A stretch of 58,523 bases of DNA, filler included, from Sluysia triapertura (Eukaryota), in assembly GCA_046118255.1 (NCBI GenBank). It is 4 parts of 4 records of this genome, joined end to end, with 100 filler letters (N's around TTAATTAATTAA, not from the genome) between each part and the next. Parts side by side here need not be neighbours in the genome. Positions count along the whole stretch, not along the records: positions 11,382 to 24,520 come from JBJNIA010057213.1; 3 more parts are not named here. One strand, given 5' to 3'. Positions 13,565-24,620 of the stretch are shown here, one piece after another. Position 1 is the stretch's first letter. The number at the start of each line of letters is the position of its first letter. A model generated the notes under the pieces. That model searched no databases and was not told where the DNA came from. It saw only the letters and a list, made by a program, of their open reading frames with translations. The position numbers were made by a program, and so were the translations under genes.

Positions 13565-13804
13565 AAATACATCTTTCCAAACCCTTCTTAAGCCTTTGTA
13601 GGGGTCTCAATACCTTACAAATGTTTTTGGAACTTCAAGGTATACTTCAGTTTCAAAATGATTATAAAAATTTTGTCCTTAATCATTCTTTCGTTAGCAA
13701 TATTTACATATGACTATATTATTACGTTTCAGATAATTTATATTACTTTATCCTGCATTTTCTACTCACTGTTTTGGCATTTCCAACAATATAATCACTC
13801 ATAG
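13565..13804 (+). repeat. Dispersed repeat family D copy 2 (ORF 13658-13804)
   Basis: CTTCTTAAGCC..GGGTCT.AA.ACC.TACAAA.GT.TTTGGAACT.CAAGGTAT.CTTC.GTTTCA.AATGATT is shared with copy 1. Confidence 0.75.
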
Positions 13805-14305
13805 AATTTGAACAAATTGATATAAAAAATAATTTGTCACATTTTTATGTATATATTAGCACCAAAAATAATAATCACAATTTAATAATAATAATCATCA
13901 TCATCATTTTAATAACAATAATATCAGCAATAATAGAAATAATGGTTTAACAATGATAAAAGTATGAATAATAATATTAACAACAACAATAATAATCATC
14001 TGAAATATTTTTATCGAAATGATCATATTTTTGTATTAGTTTCTCGCCATTTTTAAATAAACGATTCATTCAGAAAAATTTTTTTAAAATAATTCTTGTT
14101 TGAAATGAACAATGTAAAATAAATTTATGTAGCATAAATTTATGTAACATGCATTTAGAAATGTAATATATCGATGTTTATTAGTTGAATATATAAATAT
14201 ATAAATTAAAATTTTTTGCAAATCACTAAATATATTGAATTATGTTATTTTATATTTTTTAAATATTTTATAGTGAATATTGAAAGATTTATTGCCTTGT
14301 AGGTC

Positions 14306-15107
14306 ATGTTCAGAAGAGTTCTTCAGAATCCTTATTCATTTCGTTATCGTTTCTTTAAAACTAAGTCTGACAATAAAATACCAAACAAAACACATTTTGA
14401 AATTATGAAAGATACTATTTACGAGAATTTACGTAAAGCACAAACCACAGTTTCAAGTAAAAAAATCGCAATATTTCTTGGAATTTCTTTTACTTTGTTT
14501 TGCATTTCTAGTATGTATAGCACTACATTTATTTATTTATATTTAGAAATTAAAAAATATTTAGATAACCATGTTATTATGAAAATGTTGATGAATCCAA
14601 AAATTGAATTTTATGATCCATTGCGTTCAAATGTTTTCTTTGATGATGTCGTAGGAGTTAGATATATTTATATTTATTTAAAAATTTCAGTGTGATGAAG
14701 CAAAGGAACAACTTAAAGATATTGTTGATTTCTTAAAACATCCAAAGGAATATGCTGAAATTGGAGCCAAATTACCAAAGGGTGTGTTATTATTTGGTGA
14801 TCCCGGAGTTGGAAAAACTCTTTTAGCAAAAGCTGTAGCGAATGAAGCTGGAGTACCTTTTATTGCAACAACTGGTAGTTCTTTTGATAAGGTTAATATT
14901 TTAATGTGAGTTATTTATTATTAGATGTTTGTTGGAACCGGGGCAAATTTCACAAGAAGTTTATTTCGAACAGCAAGACAACATGCTCCTTGTGTTATTT
15001 TTATTGATGAAGTAGATTCCTTATGCCAAACACGTAGTGATAGTTATTTATATCCATATGCGAATAATACAACTAATCAATTTTTAACGGAAATGGACGG
15101 ATTTCAG
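14306..15107 (+). CDS. YME1L1: Mitochondrial i-AAA/FtsH-family protease (YME1L-like), 5' four exons only: 14306-14510, 14547-14656, 14691-14891, 14925-15107
   Basis: Basic presequence-like N-terminus and a TM segment; VFFDDVVG|[54 protein letters not shown] (Walker A); [13 protein letters not shown] (Walker B); [21 protein letters not shown] introns of 36, 34 and 33 nt restore one frame, and there is a donor at 15108. SRH and M41 protease exons were not found. Confidence 0.88.
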
Positions 15108-15739
15108 GTAATAAATCAAAACATTTAAACAGAAAATTTCTACAGTTTAAATCATTAATGCTGTTTCTATACTATGTAGGATTAATTATTTGCTTGGCTT
15201 TATTTTAAATTTGCTCAAGCAAAGTATGAAAGCATCTGCTTATAGTAATTGTCTTACAGCGTTAATTAGTTACCATTAGAGGATATATTTAATTGAGTAG
15301 ATTTACACTTGAAATTTTGTATTAATTCTGGCAGAACTAAAGATATTTTAACTAAAATATCTATTTTGTCTTGTTTTTGTTTAACTGTAACTTAGTACGT
15401 CTTTTAATTCAACTATTTAGCAACAAATACGCATCATGCAAAATTTAGATTATAGAGAATTTATATTAATCTTGTAATAAATTTAAAGTTTATTTTCTAA
15501 TTATTCAAAAAAGGATCCGAAAATTCAGATTAATGAGGTTAGACTTGCGGTGCAAGCAATTTTCTAAAATTTATTCATATTAGCGATAATATAAAATAAT
15601 TTTGATCAGTGAAAGATTTTCTAGTTCTGAATTTTATAACTTGTTATTTACCAAATTTGGAACTTGTACCGATTTAAGAAAAATCAAAAATGAAAACTTG
15701 AAACACTTTTATGTACTCTAAAATCTTGTTTATAAGCCG

Positions 15740-16830
15740 TGTCTTACAATAATAATACATTAATTTATATTGCGCTCATATCTACTGCAAAATAAGTACT
15801 TAAAATAAATCTATCGTTTTTATTTTCGTATCTTATTAGACTCTTACTCCTATTCTTATTAAAGTTAGAACTCGGTGGCATCATAATTATTTGTTCTATT
15901 GCTTTGGAATCCTCTATCTCTTATTATTTCCTCTGTAATAATTATTTGAGTTATCCCTGTAATTACTTGAATTACTTCTGTAGTTATTTGAGTTACTTCT
16001 ATAATTGTTCGGATTACCTCTAAAATTATTCGAATTACATTGCCTCTATGTGGGCTATTACAGTTACTATCATTATGTCCTTCATAATTCTGGGAGTTAT
16101 ATTTATTATCATAATTATTTATATTTCTTCTTAATTTTGGACTTTTATCTCCTTTTATCTCATTGTCACTTATATAATCAATATTATTCTTATTCTTTTT
16201 ATACTTATAGGAACGTTCAATGCTTCTTAATTTCTTAATTACTTCTTTAAAGGGTTTCCTTCTATTAAGGTAACATATGCTATTAATTCTGGTCGTAATC
16301 CAGTTTTTAGTTTATCTATTAATGTTATTTCTTGTTTATATTCAGGGATTTTAGCTCTATCAACAAGGCTTTTAAGAGCACAAGCATATTCATATGCAGA
16401 TTCATTTAGTTTTTGTATTCTAGAGTTTAACATTTTGATATAATATTTACCAATGTCATCAAGTACTATTTCTTCTGTGAAGACGTTAACAAATTCATTC
16501 CAAGTCCGTTTATTATTATTACTTATTTCCTTATAGGTCTGGATCGCGACTCCAGTTAAATAATTTTGGATTCGTTTTATTTTTTTCGGTTTCATTTCAG
16601 CCGTTTGCTTCTGCTATGCTTTCATATTCAAATAAGAAATCGCAGAGATCTTCCTCTACTCCGTCAAATTTTTTTCATTTCGGGTAATACCATTATTGAA
16701 CACATTTCTTCGGCTAATTGAGCCATACATTCCTTAAAATCCTTAGATAAAGCCATATAATTTCTTAATTTTGATCTATAATCTTCGTAAAGTACAATTT
16801 GTTTATCTACTTTTCTTAAAACTTACTTAA
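15740..16830 (-). mobile_element. Ty3/gypsy-type gag remnant
   Basis: Reads FDGVEEDLCDFLFEYESIAEANG*..YLTGVAIQTY..TWNEFVNVF..RIQKLNESAYEYACALKSLV..KLKTGLRPEL (retrotransposon capsid). This is followed by an N/R-rich linker and a degenerate zinc-knuckle-like segment at about 15750-15800. Contains stops and frameshifts; no pol follows. Confidence 0.8.
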
Positions 16831-17036
16831 TCTATTAATAATCAACTTATGGAATAATAATTTTGCTTAAAATTAACTTATTCTTAATGAAATCGTAATT
16901 CAATTAGTCTAAAGCTTCTACTTAAATGCTTAAATCTTAATATTGATTCTTAAATTCTTTAATTTTATATTGTCAATATTGATTCTTAAATTCAATATTG
17001 ATTCTTAATCTTTGTCTTTATATTATTTCAATACTG

Positions 17037-17055
17037 GTCCTCTCTCTGGGCACCA
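17037..17055 (-). promoter_or_regulatory. Primer-binding site of the gag-bearing LTR element
   Basis: The minus strand reads TGGTGCCCAGAGAGAGGAC, complementary to a CCA-ending tRNA 3' end and resembling tRNA-Lys PBSs (TGGCGCCC..). It lies 10 nt inside the LTR end at 17066 and upstream of gag. Confidence 0.7.
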
Positions 17056-17065
17056 GTTTATTCTA

Positions 17066-17330
17066 TGTGGGAATTTAAAAGAATAAAGAGAGAGTCAAGT
17101 TATGGCTAGCCGTTGGATTTTTTGCAATTAAAAAGATTAATAATAGGACTTAATACTTGCATAAATGCGTGGTGAAGTTAAGTTAAAATTCTGGAGGTAT
17201 TTCAAATTTTAACTGAAAAAATAATAGTTAAATTATTTAAGTAGTTTTCGTAAATCCTATGAAAAGGATTTATAATAAATATATTTTACGTGATCAGAAC
17301 TAAATTATGATAAAGTTTTTGATACACGTG
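17066..17330 (-). repeat. LTR family B, 5' LTR of the gag element (far boundary not determined)
   Basis: Begins TGTGGGAAT on the plus strand, like 33176. Shares GCTAGCCGTTGG..TTTTTGCAAT.AAAAAGATT with the reverse complement of 51280-51320. Shares TTCTG.AGGTATTT and ATCCTATGAAAAGGAT.TATAA..ATTTTACGT with 33385-33545. Confidence 0.75.
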
Positions 17331-18529
17331 TGATTTTTTGATTTTGAAACTATGTAAATTATTTATTATACAAAATAACAAGACGTTTTTACTCTAATGT
17401 ATATTAATCAAAATTATAAAAAAAATTCAGTACTTATAATTTAAGGAATAAAATTGTTACATAGATTAACTACTGGAGTTAATTCTTTACTTTATAATAA
17501 ATTTTAAATTGATTTTTCGTTGGAACCGTTAAAAGGTTCCGTATATCTTTAAAATAGATTTTAGTCGATTTTGCGTACGATACTTATAAGTATTAAAACC
17601 TTACAAAAATAAACTAAATTACTCAATTTAAATAAAAAGGAATTTTCAATTAGTAGTGTTCCTTGAGAAGAGATATTGAAGGTTATGATTCCAAACGGAG
17701 AGAAGTTTGTAAACAGCAAAACACTGTTGAAATTTTTGAAACTCTTTTATTGTGTGTGTTGTAAAAAATTTTTCATGTATTTATGTGTTTTGTAGTGACG
17801 TTGAAGCCATTTAAAACAAAAATGAAAAAAATGGAATAATTTAGAACTATTATTTTATAAATTAATAATTACTTATGTTAGTTTATTTCCACAGATATTA
17901 ACAATTATAATAATCCACAAGTATTAAAGTAATTTGAAAAAATCGAAATCAATAATATTACAGAAATTACTAATAAATAATCAATATTAAAACAATTATG
18001 TCTGTTAAAATATGAACAATTATGTCTGCATAATAAATAATATCACGTATCTACACAAACAATAATCATATGTGTCATCATTATTCACATTACTATGAAT
18101 TCTGTATAGATTATTATGTTTTAATGAAATATTCATATTGGTTTCCAAATTGTTTATTATTTCTAAGAGATATTCAGGACTTCCGTAATGTAAGCACTTG
18201 TAAATTATTATGATTTTGAATTCTCTTCTTGCCTTTATTGCAACGAATTTACTTCTTTAAGATAAGGTGTTTTTTAAAGATATATTTCTTCCCACTTGGA
18301 GAATTAGTCGTGCAACTTGATTAATTTTTAATTGTAATTTTTTTACTTTTCTATATGAAATTGAGTACAATAAACCATTGTTAAAATCTGTGTTATACAA
18401 ATAAAAAAATAGAAAAATCAAAGAAAATTATGATGCAGCTTATGCTCGAGTAGTTGAAAAATAATAAGAAACGAAACTTTATTCAAAACCTTTAAAATCC
18501 TGAATTTTCGAATTCAAACTCTCACTTAT

Positions 18530-18985
18530 TGAGGAGCTCTGGAAATTTTACCAAATGTTGTAAAAGAATTTCTTCCTTCTTTTCATTCACAAATGCCTTA
18601 AAAACTTCACATTTATCCTCCCAACCCTCAGATAACTTTGTCCCTACTGATGTTACAGTTCTCAACGATAATTGATTTTTTTTATTAAAAACACGGACTC
18701 AACAATCACTTCCCTTAAATTCACTTATTTCTAGTCTTTTTACAATTTTGTAGCTTCGAATAGATATACTTTCTTTCCGTTGATTTAAAATGTAATTTTT
18801 AAATTCAATCTCAGGTTCGAACCAATGTGAATTGTTATTCATCCTTGCACTTTTATCTTGTCTTTATAACCCTCACATCCGATATATTTGCTCTTCATCT
18901 TCTCAAATTAGCTTCATCTATCCTATAATATCTACTGTATTTCCATTGATCGCTGCAATTTCCAATTTTTTCTTGGGTGTACTGA
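18530..18985 (-). mobile_element. Heavily decayed retrotransposon-like coding fragments
   Basis: KLEIAAINGNTVDIIG resembles a retropepsin flap region and is followed by broken coding-like sequence. Confidence 0.3.
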
Positions 18986-21160
18986 GTTTCTTTTAGTCAT
19001 TATTAAAACAAAGGATAAAATAAAATTTTAATATTAAAATGGAAATGTGTCTTATCTAAATAAAAAAATAGAAATTTTGCAAAAAAAGTCAATGCGGGTT
19101 ATATTAGTGGGCTTATATAACTTTATAATTTTTGTGCCTCGATGCTTAATTTAGTTAAGCTTTTTATATATCTTAAATTTAATTAAAGTTATATGCTACA
19201 TCGTGCAATTTTAAAATAAATTGTATAAGCTTAAAAGCTTATTTTTATAATTTAGTCTATTATTATATTTTATTCAAATTATTGTATATATATAATCTTA
19301 AATGAAGTAAAGGAATTTGAAATTGTTGCTCAAGAACCCTTATAACCTCAAACCTTAGAAATTTGAAAATGGAAGAAATATTTCCGAAAATATAGAAAAA
19401 CGAGAGAAAAAATTAGAATAACGTGAATGAGAATGGCATTTGCCATAATTAATTAGCTGGGAAAAGATCTACAAAAACACCGCATAAACTTAGTTATAAT
19501 GTAGAATAAAATGGAGGCCAATCTAAATTTAGCTGTAGCATATATAACTATAGAAAATAAATAAATAAAGCAAATAAAATATAACCAGAATTATAATATA
19601 AAATGTAATTAATTATTGTTTGGAGAAAATTGGCCACACAACATGTGGAATAAGAATAAAAATATATTTTATTGCAAAGTAATATTTTCTGTATGGTAAA
19701 GTTAATTACAGAGAAAAATTGATTCTGAAGAAGTTAGATTATAATCACAAAAATTTCTGTCTGTAATGTAATACCCGTAGAAAATACTGTAGAAGTGTGG
19801 TTGCCAACCTTTCACCTTTAATAAATTTTATTAAAACTTTTTCCTTAAAAAACGCAACATAACCAAAATCATATCTTTTTAACATCTTCACCCGTCAAAA
19901 TTCACACCTTACAAATCTATTTCATTTAACAAACTCATGCTGCAGATCATCTAACTGCCAGCACATTCTCAATTCACATTTTTATTTTAAATTACAAATA
20001 TATGTAAATATATGTAAGATTATGTATAATAAAAAAGAGATTTAAAGAAGAATATGTAACATAATTATGAAACTTAGATTATTTACAATAAAATAAAACA
20101 ATTTAAAAATAATGATAATAACACTGAACCTACGGCAATATAAAATTAACCATGGCCCGCTTACAGTAAACGACTTATGACGTAACTATAAATTAACAAA
20201 TCTTAATTTAAAATGTCTTTAGCTGAATGTTTTTCCTTTTACTTATGCAATTTAACTTGCATTGTTCCTTTAATAATTATTATTAGAGGGTCTTTTTAAA
20301 TTACAAATCCAAAATGCTTATGTTCAAGATGCACTATGTTACTTTACAAAATAAGTCAAACAACGAAAATATAACAAAACTTTTATTCTAAACAATGCAA
20401 ATTTATAATAAAAGAAAATCAGATACAGCAATAAAAATAAATTTAAAACTAAAACTTATTGAGGTATTTAATTTATAATAATAACGAATTTTAAAATTAT
20501 GTTTATCCCTCAATATATCGGGAAATAAAATGTATGAATTAAAATTTAAGTAGATTATTTTCAAAAAATTAATATCAACTTAAAAAATAACTCATGGAAT
20601 TGATAAATATAATAAACTAAATGGATTCCAATTGAGTGTTGTAGAATATGATTAACACTTTTCCAGATGGAATTGATGTTGATAAACTAAAAACATTCAA
20701 ACGACTAAAACCAAAATTGCTGCTAAGATTGTGAAAAATAACAATGGCTGAAAATATTGGCGACTTTGTGATTCAGCTATGGTTTTTTATGTAGGTTGAA
20801 AGGGGATAAAATTCAAGAATGCTCTAGAACATTGGTTTTTTAATGATTTTAGAGGGTTGTGATGACAATCCAACAGATGTGATTGTTTGTTACGCCATCG
20901 GATTACTTCGTCTGATTACTTGTTTTTACAGTTCCAAAAACTGATTTGGACCACTAAAAATAAAAATGTAATTAATAAAATTAGGCAACAAATAAAAGTA
21001 AAGTAATGTGTAAGATTTAGGTGATTACATATAAATGTGGTAAAAATAAAAAAGGATGTGAATAATGAAAAAATTTTAGGTGATAATGGTCAATGTGTAT
21101 AAGCAAAAACTGTTAGAATTAAAAATGAAATTTTATATATAATTGGCAAAATAATAATAT

Positions 21161-21370
21161 ATTAATTTATATTGCGCTCATATAAACTGCGTAAGTACTC
21201 AAAAGTTCGTGAGGTAAATCGTTCACCATGATATTTCTGAGACAGAAAAAACTTTGCCTTTTTCTTAAATATTTCATAATCTTCCAGTAATTTGACATTC
21301 TCTGGTAACTGGTTGTTATCACTGTGGATTCTGTATAGGTTATTATGTCTCAGTAAAATATTCATCTTGG
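21161..21370 (-). mobile_element. Internally deleted gag relative of the 15.7-16.8 kb element
   Basis: 21161-21200 (ATTAATTTATATTGCGCTCATAT..ACTGC..TAAGTACT) matches 15759-15800. VKLLEDYE resembles the gag N-terminal IVLYEDYR, and the capsid domain is absent. Confidence 0.5.
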
Positions 21371-22599
21371 TTATAATATTAAATATATAATATATGATAT
21401 TCCAATATATTAAAATTGAGATATACGATAAATACGATTTCTGGCAGAACAATAGAGCATATGATTTAAAAGTTCTTGTTATAGATAAACTTATAAACGT
21501 CACTTATAAGTTGCTTCTAAGTTATGATCATAAGGATAATAATACATTAAATAAGAATACTTCTAATAATAATAGTATAGACTTAAACTTATATTTTATG
21601 TTCCTTTTGTAAAGTTTTAGTTTTTATTTGCTTGTAAATGGTTGAATAATTTGAATTTAAAGCTTTAAATCAAATAATTAATATTTCAAATTTTTTAAAT
21701 ATTTTAAAGAAATTAAATAATTATTTTCAATGCTCCAATTATTATGAATGCTTGCAAATTTGAATAGTAAAAACATTTTAAAATTGAGGCATAGAGTTAA
21801 GGAAACTTACAACATAGCAACTCGTGATGAACAAGTTTCTGCTTATGTATTTTGTGTATATGGACTTCAATGATATGTTGAATTCACCAAACATGTAATA
21901 TTTTATCATGGTCACTTTTCATTTAATGACATCCATATAGTGACTCCTTAAAGAAAGTGATGCTTTTGTTGTTTTTTTATTAGCAATTATATGATTATCT
22001 ATTGGTTTGTTGTGTAGTAAGTGCCTTAGAACATGCCGAAGGCAATTGTATATGATTGTGATTACTTATTAATGTTACTAATATCAATTCAATAGCAATA
22101 CAGTTAAATTTAAGTTATATTTGTAGTGAGTCAAAACACTAGAAGGTGAATTCACAAAGTAAAATCACATCCAAACATCTATGCATCACGTAAAATATTC
22201 ATTATCATTACATTCCCAAATTCTCACATTCTTATGTCACAATAATGTCTTATGCTTTTGCTGTCATAACTTCATTCAAAGATATTTACTACTCAATCTT
22301 ACTCCTTTTAATTTCCACTCTAGTGTTAAATTAACTAGAATCCAAACACTGTATTTTGTTCCTTTTCGAAATAATTTTAAATTACATAACCAAGTACAAA
22401 GAAACTTAATATAATAATAATAAACTATTATACTATTTTATTAGTTTATTGTACTTACTTTGTTTACATGTATGCTTGAAGCACAATTACATGCGATTTT
22501 AAAAAATTTCAAATGATAAAAAGGTTGAAAAAAACTATATCTATAATTTTCTTAAAAGAAATCACTGAAAATTCTATTTTAAGTAACACAAAATAGTGC

Positions 22600-23740
22600 A
22601 TGTAATACAGATTTTGTAGAGATTTAGTTTAAAAGCGGTGGAATTATTGTGTACACCTGATATATCATGGATATAGGTAATAAAGAAAATAATTCTTATT
22701 ATGCTCTCAAAATTTTAGTAATCGTCGATATTCGTACGAATCGAGTAGAATATGTTAAAAATAAAAAAATCAATTTTCGAAGCAATTCAGTAATCATTTA
22801 TTGACAGATTAGCTGGGTTATGCTAATAAGAAACATTTACTACGATTTAAAAATGTTATTGGAAAGTCAAAAAGTAAGAGAGATGGTTTTATAGTTGGAG
22901 ATTTTAGAAGTAAATTTAAGTATGTACTTGATAAAAATGCAGTTAATTTTGAAGTTCAAGAATCTGTTTTTAATTATGCTAAATCAAATGGGTTAAAAAG
23001 TCACTTTGTAATCCAAATATGTATATATCAGGTGTCACAATTATTGATAGAGTGCCATAGTATTCCAATTTTAATATATGTTGATGGTCCATATAATTTG
23101 GAATCATACGCGAGTAATTCATGCATTATCAATTTGAAATTTAAAATTCAACCAATCATTTGTACAGGAAACATGATATAAAAGTTCATTTATCTGAATT
23201 TCCTGTGACTAGTCATTCTAATAATGTCGCTAAATTATCTTTTGTGTTTTATAAAAACGATAAATTTGGTTGTGTTCTTTACAGATAATACTTTTAAATG
23301 TGAAGAAAACCGAAAATTTATATTTACAACATTCATAATGAATCCATTTGAGAAATGAGGAATTAAAATAGTATTAATCTAATAATGAAATTAGTTTGAA
23401 GTGTTTAACGTATGAATATATTTCATTTAAAACTAATAATAATGATGCAACCCAAGATTTCACTCGGTTAGGCGAAAGTAATCGTGTTCATTTTCTTATG
23501 AAGTGTTTTCATTGCCGTCAAAGAATTTGTGCAGGTGCTACATCTCAATCTAAATATATCCTGCATTCTACAGAAAATGTTTTATCAACATCACTTGTAA
23601 TTTATCTCTTTACAAAAGGAACTAGTATCCTGAAATATGCGCTAAGTGATAAAAAAACTTAGATTTTGGATTAGAGTTGATAATTTGGATTCATTTTGTT
23701 CGAGCTGGGTATCTTAATCGTGTCATTTTCGGCGCCAATT
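22600..23740 (+). mobile_element. Tentative decayed protein-primed DNA polymerase B (Polinton/Maverick-like) remnant
   Basis: Weak motifs in the expected order: VAKL..DKFG (about 23226-23270), ICAGATSQSKYILH (about 23525-23566), DFGLE..FVRAG (about 23662-23709). No intact DTD motif. Confidence 0.25.
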
Positions 23741-24448
23741 TTTTAAATTTAAAATTCATTTAAGAAATTATTAACGTTTTAAGCATACTTACAAGTTATT
23801 TTCACAGATTATAATAATGCAAAAGAATGTCTTTAACATACTAATGAAGCTTCGTAAAAAATAATTTTGAAGGCTTTAAGCTTTATTACACAAATTATTA
23901 GGTAAATATTGGGTAAATTAAAATTGAATTCTGTTATGGAATTTTAAAAGAGAAACCCGTAAAACCAGAAATTTCACCACAATTACCAATATTAAATTCT
24001 AGAAATATAGATAGTACTGATGATATTATCAACAATATTTCAACCAATTTAAAAGCAAATTTGCAACCTAAAGTTTCAAAATTAACAGATGAATCATTTT
24101 TTAAAACTAATAGTAAAAATTATTTGAAACGAAAATTCATTGATATGTCAACAATTAAAAAAGTAACAGTTTCATTCAATATCTTATGAAAAAAATTTAC
24201 TCAATATATTAAGTACAAATCATATGAAATTAATAATAGATATGTTGAATCATTTTTTGACATATATAAAGATGAAAATGTCAAGATTGATTGTTAAATT
24301 TATGTGTAAGAATAATTAATTGTTAAATAATTATGTAAGTAAAATATATATTCTAAAACTAACATAAATAACTTTCTGATACAAATTATCGATTTTAAAT
24401 TTATGTCAATATGTAAAATAATTGTACGTACCTAATTATTTTCTAATG

Positions 24449-24450
<2 letters not shown>

Positions 24451-24520
<70 letters not shown>
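24451..24520. repeat. (ATT)n microsatellite at contig end
   Basis: Perfect ATT run abutting the gap. Confidence 0.98.
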
Positions 24521-24620
24521 NNNNNNNNNNNNNNNNNNNNNNNNNNNNNNNNNNNNNNNNNNNNTTAATTAATTAANNNNNNNNNNNNNNNNNNNNNNNN
24601 NNNNNNNNNNNNNNNNNNNN
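24521..24620. other. Assembly gap spacer
   Basis: 44 N + TTAATTAATTAA + 44 N. Confidence 0.98.

Noticed and set aside
19300-20940. Coding-like patches, including a possible zinc-knuckle remnant at about 19615-19650
   Set aside because: Too eroded to assign.
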